From: Nitrospirota bacterium
GTDB lineage: Bacteria > Nitrospirota > UBA9217
Direction of reading: 5' to 3'
Length of the DNA: 57,762 bases
Assembly (NCBI GenBank): GCA_963754875.1
Contig: CAVWHO010000009.1
Location: 1-57,762 of the forward strand
In this document: positions 39,601-47,989 of the stretch, piece after piece
How positions within the stretch are numbered: the stretch's first letter is position 1
How the letters are laid out: each line of letters starts with the position of its first letter
Notes under the pieces: generated by a model
Databases searched by the model: none
What the model was told of the DNA's origin: nothing
What the model saw: only the letters and a program-made list of their open reading frames with translations
Made by a program: the position numbers and the translations under genes

Positions 39601-40848
39601 AACAAACGTACCGGCTCCTTTTCCATTCCGCGCAAGAGCACGGGAAAGAGTTCCCTCCATGCGAAGAAGGTTTACCTGCCGCCCATGACCGATCATGCCT
39701 ATGCGCTCGCAGCAGCATTCAGGGCCTGTGGAGTAGAAGCAGAAGTACTGCCTGAGTCAGACGAAGAAACCGTCAGGATCGGCAGGGAACACAGCTCGGG
39801 CCGCGAGTGTTATCCCTTGGCGCTCACTACCGGTGACATGATCAAAGCGACGCGGCGTCCCGGTTTTGATCCGGACAAGAGCGCCTTTTTCATGCCTACA
39901 GGCAAGGGCCCTTGCAGGTTCGGCCAGTACAACCGCTACCACCGCCACGTGCTCGATAAAATCGGACTCGACCGCGTCGAGATCCTGGCCCCCATGCAGG
40001 ATGAGTCGCTCCACGATGATGTGCGGGCTTTAGACAAAAATTTTGTGCTCATGAGTTGGCGCGGCGTCTTCGCAGTCGATATGCTTCAGAAGGCGCTTTG
40101 GGAGACTCGTCCCCATGAAAAACAGAAAGGGCAAGCGGACCAGGTGTATCAGGCGACACTGGGACGTATGACCGTTGCCATCGAAAAGAGGAAAGACCTC
40201 CTACCGGTGATGAAACAGGCTTACGAGGATTTTACCGCTATCGAGATCACCAAACGGACCAAACCCGTGATCGGCGTAGTCGGTGAAATCTATATCCGGT
40301 CAAACCGGTTCAGCAACGAGGATGTGGTAAGACAGATCGAAAAGCTCGGAGGCGAGGCATGGGTCGCGCCCATTTCCGAATGGCTCCTGTACATAAACAC
40401 CACGGCCAAGGCATCGGCACTGATGAACCGCTCCTGGAGAGAATTGATCAAGGCATACGTGACCGGACATATCCAGCATACGGACGAACGAAGGTTCCTG
40501 AGCAGCTTTAACGGGAATCTCCGGAGCCTGCATGAACCGAGCATCGACCAGACCTTACGGACGGCCTTGCCCTATATTCACCACTCCTTTGAGGGCGAAG
40601 CGGTGCTGTCCGTGGGCAAGGCAATCGACTATATCAATCGAGGGGTATCGGGCATCGTGAATGTCATGCCCTTTACCTGCATGCCCGGCACCATCGCGAC
40701 GGCACTACTCAAGCGCGTGCGAGAGGATTATCATAACATTCCGCTCCTGAACATAGCCTATGAGGGCCAGGGCGATTCTCAGACCCTGACCAGACTCGAA
40801 GCGTTCATGCACCAGGCAAAGGCATATCAACGGCCTAAAAAATCGTGA
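36667..40848 (+). CDS. Acyl-CoA dehydratase activase-related fusion (two ASKHA activase domains + DUF2229-like and dehydratase-like domains)
   Basis: Two copies of GVD(I/V)GS...GG(E/Q)D.K...MN.ACAAGTGSFL...C(S/T)VF; later CFPAK, FGCGPD, CYP, GPCRFGQY, PFTCMP. Confidence 0.88.
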   Translation: MREDLFLGVDIGSVAIKTSVLNRDGRILSDNYVRIKGDPLSTLLDELTAITSRYSGRPIISAGITGSGGKQAADTIGAVFINEILAQASFAGRFYPEARTLIELGGEDAKLINLIGDETAGVKIEDFSMNTACAAGTGSFLDQQATRLHLTIEEFGQIALQSKTPPRVAGRCSVFAKSDMIHLQQIATPNYDIVAGLCYAMARNFKATVGKGKKVFSPVLFLGGVAENPGMRRAFRDVLKLSEQEMTVPEHFKTSGAIGAALMVLQQPAAVVAYRGVDALARLLASDNKKTSEGMSPLSQPGGIMPNPDQDAVSQGGGLIDAYLGVDVGSVSTNVVVIDKNMRVLSKRYLPTAGRPIEAVKQGLAEVGAEMGKRLNILGAGTTGSGRYLTADMIGADVVRNEITAQATAAAVIDQTVDTIFEIGGQDSKYISLRDGAVVDFEMNKACAAGTGSFLEEQAERLGIRIKQEFEGKAFCSESPCRFGERCTVFMESDLVHSMNTGFGVEELTAGLAYSIAYNYLNKVVAGKPVGKRIFFQGGVAANRAVVSAFEKITGKHITVPPHHEVTGAIGAAILAMRGSRGASGFKGFDLSKREYTITTFECAECANRCDIRRVVFGSEKPLFYGSRCEKYDIKKKSSTADALSDLFAEREKMQQSAVASSPTDEKAPLIGIPRMLYVNDYLPYWQTFFSHLGFRVVLSERTNRTLVNRSLEATVAETCFPAKVGLGHVLDLLDKKVDFLFLPSFIRFPDAHSQTDNAQACPYAQAFPYISRASIRFGETKTIEPILFLHDERQFSKSMRSIGKMLGKGRAAVARAQRAAGEAQKSFHHAVEARGSSVLSQIKAGEKAFVLIGRNYNTCDTGVNMNLPVKIRDLGVQAIPMDYLPLHEVDLSGQEGMYWRSGQKIIAAARYIREHPNLFPIYITNFGCGPDSFITHFFRREMAGKPYLQLEIDEHSADAGAITRIEAFLDSLNNATINKRTGSFSIPRKSTGKSSLHAKKVYLPPMTDHAYALAAAFRACGVEAEVLPESDEETVRIGREHSSGRECYPLALTTGDMIKATRRPGFDPDKSAFFMPTGKGPCRFGQYNRYHRHVLDKIGLDRVEILAPMQDESLHDDVRALDKNFVLMSWRGVFAVDMLQKALWETRPHEKQKGQADQVYQATLGRMTVAIEKRKDLLPVMKQAYEDFTAIEITKRTKPVIGVVGEIYIRSNRFSNEDVVRQIEKLGGEAWVAPISEWLLYINTTAKASALMNRSWRELIKAYVTGHIQHTDERRFLSSFNGNLRSLHEPSIDQTLRTALPYIHHSFEGEAVLSVGKAIDYINRGVSGIVNVMPFTCMPGTIATALLKRVREDYHNIPLLNIAYEGQGDSQTLTRLEAFMHQAKAYQRPKKS

Positions 40849-41034
40849 CGCACGCGAATGCCGCGACCGGTCTTTTCCCTGAATAATTGCACTTTTTTGA
40901 AACTCCATAGCATCCGTGCAGGAAGCAATTTTTTTTATTATCAGCTTGACATGATAAAGAGAAAACGGTATTCTTGACTTATCCGCGGATATTTCCCGGA
41001 CAATTTTAAAAACAGAAGCAAGAGGAGAAACAGA

Positions 41035-41235
41035 ATGGCAAATGGTGTAGTGAAGTGGTTCAACAATAGCAAGGGGTTTGGTTTCATCACGCAGGAGAAC
41101 GGCGAGGACGTATTCGTGCACTTTTCGGCAATTTCAGGGGACGGGTTCAAATCCCTGAACGAAGGCGACAAGGTGACCTTCGAAGTCGTAAAGGGCCCCA
41201 AGGGGCTGCAGGCTGCGAACGTAGCCAAAGTCTAA
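41035..41235 (+). CDS. cspA: Cold-shock protein
   Basis: [31 protein letters not shown]. Confidence 0.96.
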   Translation: MANGVVKWFNNSKGFGFITQENGEDVFVHFSAISGDGFKSLNEGDKVTFEVVKGPKGLQAANVAKV

Positions 41236-41264
41236 CAAGCGAAAATAAAATTTATGACAATTCC

Positions 41265-41296
41265 AAAAGCCCCGGATCATTTCCGGGGCTTTTTTT
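41265..41296 (+). terminator. Rho-independent terminator of csp
   Basis: AAAAGCCCCGGA-loop-TCCGGGGCTTTTTTT. Confidence 0.85.
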
Positions 41297-41401
41297 ATTG
41301 GCATCTCTGTTCAGGCTGAGCTCTCCCGGTCCAGGCAAAAAAGGCGGTGATTCCTCACCGCCTTCCTGGGTCAATCTATCTCGCTGTGGCCTTAATTTTA
41401 T

Positions 41402-41957
41402 AAAAACATCCTGAAATACCCAGCAGCTCTGCTGCTGGGATGAAAAGGATATCCTGACGAAGTCAGGATGAGAATCTGTTACAATACGGGCCATGAGCCC
41501 ATTGAGAAGAAGCAAACATAGCGTCTATGATCTGAAGTACCATTTTGTATGGATACCAAAATATCGAAGGAAGCTGTTCAGCGATCGAATGACGACGAGA
41601 CTGAAAGAGATATTTCGTGAGATCGCAGAGCGATATGAATTTGAAATAGATACGATGGAAGCAATGGATGATCATGTGCATTTGTTTTTGGTTGTGCCAC
41701 CGAAGTATGCTCCAGCGAGGGTAGTACAGATAATCAAAAGCATATCGGCAAAGATGATGTTTCGAGAATTCCCCGAGATAAAGAAAAAACTTTGGGGAGG
41801 AGAACTCTGGAATGACGGCTACTTTGTCCGTTCGGTTGGCGACAAAGTAACGGCAGAAGTTATAAGAAAGTATATTCGGTATCAGCATGATGAGCAAGTT
41901 GGCTTTAGGTTCTAGCGCATTTAGGATGCCCCGCAGCTCTGCTGCGGGGTAATTCAC
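41402..41957 (+). mobile_element. IS200-like element, copy 2 (556 bp)
   Basis: Same sequence as copy 1 at offset 8766; also preceded by TTTAT. Confidence 0.93.
41493..41915 (+). CDS. tnpA: IS200/IS605 family Y1 HUH transposase
   Basis: Protein identical to 32727..33149. Confidence 0.96.
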   Translation: MSPLRRSKHSVYDLKYHFVWIPKYRRKLFSDRMTTRLKEIFREIAERYEFEIDTMEAMDDHVHLFLVVPPKYAPARVVQIIKSISAKMMFREFPEIKKKLWGGELWNDGYFVRSVGDKVTAEVIRKYIRYQHDEQVGFRF

Positions 41958-42005
41958 TGTTCCACTCACACTCCTCAATCCGACATTGGTACTTCGCATT
42001 CCCGT

Positions 42006-42323
42006 TTACGCTTTCTCTGCTGCAGCCTGCTTTTCGCGGACCGCTGTTGGTGCAGAAACCACATAGCCCAGTGCTGTGCCGAGCAGGCCGCCGATTACGA
42101 GGCTTACGGCCGCCGCGCAGGCAATGCCAACGACTATTCCCATCACTATTGCTGCCCGCACGAAAAGAGTGGGCTCCACCGTGCCGCCCATCAGCTTCTG
42201 GAGCAGGATCAAGGCGCCGTAACTCCCGAAGTAGAACCCGGGCATGATCCCGAATACCACAAATACCAGCCCGCCGATTGTTGCTCCGATTTTCATTCCT
42301 GCTTTTACCATTTCGTTCTTCAT
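42006..42323 (-). CDS. Small glycine-rich membrane protein
   Basis: Hydrophobic 105 aa with AAGGAG RBS; paralogous to the upstream gene. Confidence 0.8.
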   Translation of the reverse strand: MKNEMVKAGMKIGATIGGLVFVVFGIMPGFYFGSYGALILLQKLMGGTVEPTLFVRAAIVMGIVVGIACAAAVSLVIGGLLGTALGYVVSAPTAVREKQAAAEKA

Positions 42324-42375
42324 GACAATCTCCTTTCAGCCGAAGCTGTGAATTTAATTCGAGCGTAGTTCGAAA

Positions 42376-42702
42376 TCATCTCTGTCGCATTACGATAGGT
42401 TCCTGCCGCGTTTCCGCTGACATCCCGATATCCTCCACAGCCCTGCCCAGGAGCCAACCGGCGGCGGACATTGCCGTCACAATAGCGATTCCTGCGACCA
42501 AAACGCCGACGAGCATTGAACTGAGTACAATGGTTCTCGCTAGGAGGCCCGATTCGAGCGGGAGCCCGAAGAGCGTGCCTGCCAGTTTTATTCCTGCAGC
42601 CCCTCCGAGAAGACTCCCGGGAAGAAGCCCGAAGAGTGCGAATAATGCCAATCCAGATCCTGCACCGATGTAAGCCGCTTTTCTTGAGATTGAGTGTTTC
42701 AT
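42376..42702 (-). CDS. Small glycine-rich membrane protein
   Basis: Hydrophobic 108 aa from ATG 42702 (RBS AAGGAGG); paralogous to the downstream gene. Confidence 0.8.
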   Translation of the reverse strand: MKHSISRKAAYIGAGSGLALFALFGLLPGSLLGGAAGIKLAGTLFGLPLESGLLARTIVLSSMLVGVLVAGIAIVTAMSAAGWLLGRAVEDIGMSAETRQEPIVMRQR

Positions 42703-42741
42703 CTTCGTGTCCTCCTTTTCATCCTGTCTTGCTAGTGTAAT

Positions 42742-42758
42742 TGCATCTAATATGCCAA
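42742..42758 (-). promoter_or_regulatory. Sigma54 (-24/-12) promoter
   Basis: Minus strand TTGGCATATTAGATGCA (GG-N10-GC), about 40 nt upstream of ATG 42702. Confidence 0.7.
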
Positions 42759-42954
42759 AATATAACCGGTTGATTTTTTGGGAACTGCTCGGTTCGTTCA
42801 TTTGCAGAAGTGAGAAAAGGCGGGCGCTGCTTTTAAAGATTGCCAAGAATGGAGCTTATGATGATCAGAAAAGTAATTGAAACGGAAGTATGCTTCCCTT
42901 AATTGAGGAAGGGAACAGAAAAGCGCATTGATGCGCGCTCTGGTGGAGGACAGG

Positions 42955-43941
42955 TTATTGTGTGAACAGAAGGACGAATTTCGCAAATAACTCGCGGTGA
43001 AAATGGTTCAACAGCTGTTCCTTCATGAGCTTGAGCGCATCAAAGGTGTTGAGCCGCTGTTTGTAGGAGCGTTCTGCCGTGAGCGCGTCGTACACGTCGG
43101 CAATACAACAGATGCGACCGTAGGTGTGAATCTGGTCTCCCTTAAGCATGCGTGGATAGCCGGTGCCGTCTTCGCGTTCGTGATGTTGCATCACGATGAA
43201 CATGCACTCTTCCGTGAGCTGGTTAGCTTCCTTCAGGATCCGGTAGCCCTGATAGGGATGTGACTTCATGGTCGCCATTTCCGCGTCCGTCAGTTTCCCC
43301 GGCTTATTGATTATACTGGGGTCGATACGGACTTTGCCGATATCATGCAGAAAGAAACCGGCGCCCAACTCGTGCATATTATGGGAATCGGACCCTTTGA
43401 ATACGGCTTTTGCCAGCATGACGGAAAAGAAACCGACATTTACAGAGTGCGTGTAGGTGTAAAAGTCATGGGAAGTGAGCTTAAGGAGTTCTCGCGACGT
43501 GGAATCCTCTGCAAGGATCAGATCGACGATCTCGGAGATGCCTTTTTTCGCTTCCTGGATATTCTCCGCCTTCGGATCTTCAAGCAACCGTTCCACGAGG
43601 ACACGAGATGACTCGTATACAATCCTTGATTTTTTCTCAGGAGGAAGCGTTTTGTTATGAACGGCTTCTCTTAGTTGCGGAGGAATAAGCTTATCAGGCG
43701 CCCAGGTCTTCGGGGGAGTGTTTGCCGGATTGACGGTACCGGCGTTTTGCGAAGCAATGTCCGGTTCTCCCTTATCTGTATCAATAACGATTTCAGTGAT
43801 CCCATGGTCGATGATCTTGTCGATCTGGTCCTGGGACCTGATGATAAACTCGTTTTTTAAAAAGGGATGCTTAAACCATGACACCGGCAGCATGACATAC
43901 ATGCCGAGTGTGAGATCCTGTGTTTTGATGGTAGCCCGCAT
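42955..43941 (-). CDS. HD-GYP phosphodiesterase with DUF3391-like N-terminus
   Basis: L.LGMYV N-terminus, YTYTHSVNV, LHDIGK, HHEREDGTGYP, IADVYDALT..R.YK. Confidence 0.92.
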   Translation of the reverse strand: MRATIKTQDLTLGMYVMLPVSWFKHPFLKNEFIIRSQDQIDKIIDHGITEIVIDTDKGEPDIASQNAGTVNPANTPPKTWAPDKLIPPQLREAVHNKTLPPEKKSRIVYESSRVLVERLLEDPKAENIQEAKKGISEIVDLILAEDSTSRELLKLTSHDFYTYTHSVNVGFFSVMLAKAVFKGSDSHNMHELGAGFFLHDIGKVRIDPSIINKPGKLTDAEMATMKSHPYQGYRILKEANQLTEECMFIVMQHHEREDGTGYPRMLKGDQIHTYGRICCIADVYDALTAERSYKQRLNTFDALKLMKEQLLNHFHRELFAKFVLLFTQ

Positions 43942-43966
43942 ACGAATTGATTATATCACACTAACA

Positions 43967-44003
43967 TTTCACCAGGCACCCTCGGGAAGGGTGCCTGGCG
44001 AAA
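43967..44003 (-). terminator. Hairpin / probable terminator after the DEAD-box helicase
   Basis: TTTCACCAGGCACCCT-CGGGA-AGGGTGCCTGGCGAAA. Confidence 0.55.
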
Positions 44004-44025
44004 CGCAGATCGAGACTGTTTCGGG

Positions 44026-45417
44026 TTATACCCACCGGTTTTGGCGGCCTTGTTTTGCCGACCGGAAGTCAGAAGTTTTTCCGCCATCTCTCTTGGAGTA
44101 CTGCCTCGTGTCCTGAGAGTAACGGCCCTCAGCAGTCGGCTTGCTCTTTGACTGCACTCCGTAGGGAGTCCGAGAGGAATTGTTCTGCCCATACCTTCTG
44201 CCAGAGAAACCCGGTTTTTTCCACGATGACGCTCCCGGCCTGCTGCTCCTTCCGCTGCTCTCGCGGCGGAGCGGACGTGCTGGTTCCAGGCCCGGAATAA
44301 CCTGCTGGGGGATGGTCTGGCCGATGTACCGTTCGATCGAGCGCAGCGAATCAACTTCTTTACCGGAAGCAAAGGAGATGGCGATGCCCGATGCGCCTGC
44401 GCGACCGGTACGGCCGATGCGGTGGACGTAATCTTCCGCGTTCTTCGGAAGGTCGTAATTGATCACATGGGTAATGCCCGTCACATCGAGGCCGCGGGCA
44501 GCTACATCAGTTGCTACGAGAAGGCGGATCTTGCCGCGCTTCATATTCATGATGGTGCGGTTCCGGGCTCCCTGGCTCATGTCTCCATGGAGTGCCGCTG
44601 CTGAGTGACCCTGGGCTGAAAGCTCTATGGCAAGCTGGTCGGCATTTCGTTTCGTTGCGGAGAAAATGATCGCCCGGGTCATGCCGCTGTCGGATATCAA
44701 GTGTTTGAGCATGCGGCTCTTGTGCTGCATGTCATCAGCGGCGTGAAGTCTCTGCTCGATAGCTTCGAGCGTGGTTTTCTTTCCCGCGATTTCAATGCGC
44801 ACCGGCTCTCTTAAGAGGCGCTGAGCGAGCTTTGCCATGGTGTTGTCCATGGTTGCCGTGAACATGAGCGTCTGGCGCGTCGCCGGCGTGGCTCCTGCAA
44901 TGGCATCCACTGCGTCGCTGAATCCCATATCGAGCATGCGGTCCGCTTCATCGAGAACGAGCAACTCAAGCCGGGAAAAGTCTATGCGACCCCGTTCCAT
45001 ATGGTCGATCAGCCGCCCTGGTGTGGCCACGATAAGGTCGACCGGCTGCGAGAGGAGCCGCTGCTGTTCGAAGTAGGGCATGCCGCCGAGGATCGCGCCG
45101 CTTCTGATCCGCATGAATTTCCCGTAGGTTTTGACTGCTTCGGTCACCTGGTTCGCCAGCTCGCGTGTAGGGGTGAGAACCAGTACGCGCGGTCCTTTTG
45201 ATCTTTTCAATGATGCCGACGGCACGCTTAGACGCATAAGCGCCGGCATCACGAAGGCAGCGGTCTTGCCGGTGCCGGTCTGGGCAGTGGCGATCAAGTC
45301 GTGACCCGCGATTGCCTGGGGGATCGCTTCGGCCTGGATCGGCGTTGGTACTGTATACCCGCACAGTTTGATTGCTTTGAGAATCGGTTCGTTGAGCTGC
45401 AATTTTGAAAAAGACAT
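44026..45417 (-). CDS. DEAD-box RNA helicase (RhlE-like)
   Basis: PTPIQ, AQTGTGKT, PTRELA, TPGRL, DEAD, HRIGRTGRAG, basic C-tail; RBS AAGGAG before ATG 45417. Confidence 0.95.
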   Translation of the reverse strand: MSFSKLQLNEPILKAIKLCGYTVPTPIQAEAIPQAIAGHDLIATAQTGTGKTAAFVMPALMRLSVPSASLKRSKGPRVLVLTPTRELANQVTEAVKTYGKFMRIRSGAILGGMPYFEQQRLLSQPVDLIVATPGRLIDHMERGRIDFSRLELLVLDEADRMLDMGFSDAVDAIAGATPATRQTLMFTATMDNTMAKLAQRLLREPVRIEIAGKKTTLEAIEQRLHAADDMQHKSRMLKHLISDSGMTRAIIFSATKRNADQLAIELSAQGHSAAALHGDMSQGARNRTIMNMKRGKIRLLVATDVAARGLDVTGITHVINYDLPKNAEDYVHRIGRTGRAGASGIAISFASGKEVDSLRSIERYIGQTIPQQVIPGLEPARPLRRESSGRSSRPGASSWKKPGFSGRRYGQNNSSRTPYGVQSKSKPTAEGRYSQDTRQYSKRDGGKTSDFRSAKQGRQNRWV

Positions 45418-45761
45418 ACTACTCCTTTGATCTCCTACGCCGGAATAGACAATCATTCCGGAAACAGAAATCCCGTTAGGGGTTTGCGTGCGGGCCGCAG
45501 GGACACACGTGTATCCCTGAGAACGGAGACGACGCCAGCACAAATATGACCGGCATAACTACATCGTTCGCCAACCATAAATGCTGCTGCGATTTCAGAG
45601 TGGGAGCTGAAAGCAAGGGGGGTTGATGATCGATGATATGAAGGGCAGAGAAATCGTGACGTGTACCTTACTTCAGTCAAATCCTGCCACATTGTTAAAC
45701 AGTCGGAATGTATAATACAGTTTTTTTTGTAAATAGCAAGCTTTTATTTCATAAGAAAGCA

Positions 45762-46766
45762 TTATAGCGGCATAGTCGGCCGGGGGTTCAGGTCAAGGCT
45801 TGATCGTTCACCCCGTTTATAATGAAGGTACCCGGCGAGGGCGATCATCGCCGCGTTATCGATGCAGTAGAACATGCCAGGAAGGTAGATCGTGATGCCT
45901 CGTTTTGTGGCCTCTTCGTTCATCTGTTTCCTCAATGAACTGTTGGCTGCTACGCCGCCTGCTACAATGATCTTGTCAGCACCTATCTGTGATGCTGCAA
46001 GCATGGTCTTCTCGACCAGGGTGTCCACGACCGCGGCCTGAAAACTTGCTGCCACGTCTTTGACGTTGAGCTCGGGTGCGATCCCTTTGTCCTTGTCCAT
46101 GAAGAGGGCGATGTGGTTCCGGACTGCGGTCTTGAGCCCGCTGAAGCTGAAATCAAAACCTTCCCGGAGACCGCGCGGGAATGGTATGGCACCCGGATTA
46201 CCCTCGCGCGCGAGCTTGTCAAGAATCGGGCCGCCGGGATATTCAAGGCCCATAAGCTTGGCAACCTTGTCATAGGCTTCGCCCGCTGCATCGTCCCGCG
46301 TCTGGCCCAGCAGCAGGTAACTACCCAGCCCTTTAACGTGATAGAGCGCAGTGTGGCCGCCGGACACGAGCAGCGCGATGTACGGGTATCCTATATCGGG
46401 ATATTCAATATGTGCTGCGAGGATGTGGCCCTCGCCGTGGTGAACGCCGATGAAGGGAATGTTCTGCGCATAGGCAATGGCTTTTGCCGTTGATACTCCG
46501 ACCAGGAGAGCACCGATCAGTCCCGGGGTATAGGTAACAGCAACGAGGTTGACGTCTTTGAGCGATATTGACGCGGAAGTTAGCGCCTCGCGAATGATGG
46601 GCATCAGGTTCTTCAAGTGCTCGCGCGAAGCGAGTTCCGGGACCACGCCGCCGTATTTCTTGTGTATGTCGATCTGTGAGGACACGATGCTCGACAGCAC
46701 TTTGTCGTCCCTGAGCACGGCGGCCGCGGTTTCGTCGCAAGAGGTCTCTATTCCAAGGGTATACAT
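45762..46766 (-). CDS. tsaD: tRNA t6A threonylcarbamoyltransferase TsaD
   Basis: LGIETSCDETA, GGVVPELASREH, HH.EGH, VSGGHT, DDAAGEA.DK, DNAAMIA. Confidence 0.97.
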   Translation of the reverse strand: MYTLGIETSCDETAAAVLRDDKVLSSIVSSQIDIHKKYGGVVPELASREHLKNLMPIIREALTSASISLKDVNLVAVTYTPGLIGALLVGVSTAKAIAYAQNIPFIGVHHGEGHILAAHIEYPDIGYPYIALLVSGGHTALYHVKGLGSYLLLGQTRDDAAGEAYDKVAKLMGLEYPGGPILDKLAREGNPGAIPFPRGLREGFDFSFSGLKTAVRNHIALFMDKDKGIAPELNVKDVAASFQAAVVDTLVEKTMLAASQIGADKIIVAGGVAANSSLRKQMNEEATKRGITIYLPGMFYCIDNAAMIALAGYLHYKRGERSSLDLNPRPTMPL

Positions 46767-46800
46767 ATGATGGATGAACGGGAAAGTATTGCAAGATGAG

Positions 46801-46891
46801 CCAGGATCCAGGAGCTAGGGCCCAGGGAAAAGTCTTCTCTCGTTATTGGTTCCTCGACTCTTTTTCCTGTACCCTTGACCCTGGACCCTGA
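46801..46891. repeat. Inverted arrays of degenerate 7-bp repeats (CCAGGRN / ACCCTGG)
   Basis: CCAGGAT CCAGGAG CTAGGGC CCAGGGA (46801-46828) facing TTCCTGT ACCCTTG ACCCTGG ACCCTGA (46864-46891). Confidence 0.7.
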
Positions 46892-46892
46892 T

Positions 46893-47828
46893 TTACTGCA
46901 TCAGTCTCGAGACCGGCACGATCTCGACGCCCGAGGCTTTCGTCTCGGCGAGCCACTTCTTGAGTTCCGCGATGGTCACGGGATGGGGATGGCCGATGCC
47001 GATGGCCTTGCCGTTTTTCCGGGCGATCTCGACAAGCTCGTCAAGCTGCCTGCGTATCGAGACGGGATCATTACTGTCATTGTCCAGGAACACGTCGCGC
47101 TTCCCGGACTTAAGGCCGAATTCCTTTGCCGTGGCATAGGCCACGCTCTTCGGGCTGGTGAAACTGTCGAGAAACATCAGGTTTCGGGCCTTGAGCTCGG
47201 CCATCAGAAACTTCATGGCTTCCTTGTTTTCCGTGAGAGCGGAACCCTCATGGTTGTTGATGCCGTCTGCGCCGGGGACCGATTCGACGTCGTCGCTCAC
47301 GGTCGTGAGAAATTCCATGGGCGTCATGTCTGAACGCAGCATGCCGGGCGCAGGCTTCCCATTTTTGCTCCGGTACTCCATGGGTAGATGGAGCAGCACC
47401 TCGTGATTATGCTGTTTTGCCAGTGCGGCAACCTGTTTCGATTGGGCCAGCCCCGGCATGACGGCAAAGGTCACTTTAGCGGGCAGCGCGATGACCTCTC
47501 GGGCCTGCTTGAGGTCCTGACCCAGATCGTCGATCACGATGGCCACCTGGACGGTTTTAAGCGGCATCGAACCGCCGAGCAGCGCCGGCCCGGTATTATG
47601 CTTCGGATGTTCGAGCTTCGTTGACGGTGCAACGGATTTCAACGACGGTTTGGCTGGGGGAGGCAGCTCATGCCTGCCGGCCTGCTGCGGAACGGCCGGT
47701 GAACGGAATTTGCGCAAAGGTCCCCAAAGTGCGAGTACGATCAAAACGAGGGAAATAATGATCCCTGCGAACATCCATCTGTCGAAACTGTTTCCTTTGC
47801 CTTTTTTTGCAGGAAGCTTCTTAGCCAT
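46893..47828 (-). CDS. Divergent polysaccharide deacetylase (YibQ-like), membrane anchored
   Basis: AIVIDDLG, LLHLPME, GINNHEGS, RDVFLDN, AIGIGHP. Confidence 0.92.
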   Translation of the reverse strand: MAKKLPAKKGKGNSFDRWMFAGIIISLVLIVLALWGPLRKFRSPAVPQQAGRHELPPPAKPSLKSVAPSTKLEHPKHNTGPALLGGSMPLKTVQVAIVIDDLGQDLKQAREVIALPAKVTFAVMPGLAQSKQVAALAKQHNHEVLLHLPMEYRSKNGKPAPGMLRSDMTPMEFLTTVSDDVESVPGADGINNHEGSALTENKEAMKFLMAELKARNLMFLDSFTSPKSVAYATAKEFGLKSGKRDVFLDNDSNDPVSIRRQLDELVEIARKNGKAIGIGHPHPVTIAELKKWLAETKASGVEIVPVSRLMQ

Positions 47829-47989
47829 GGCAAGCCTTTTATACAATATTATGATGAAAAAAACCAGCTGTTTTTTGAATGTACTGTCGAAGAAGAGCAA
47901 ACTTGTGCAGCGGTTTTTTGGCTTGACTTAGGTGGGGCCTGCTTTTATACTGCTCACGCTGGGACCGGAGTGGTCGTGAGAAGGAGGCT

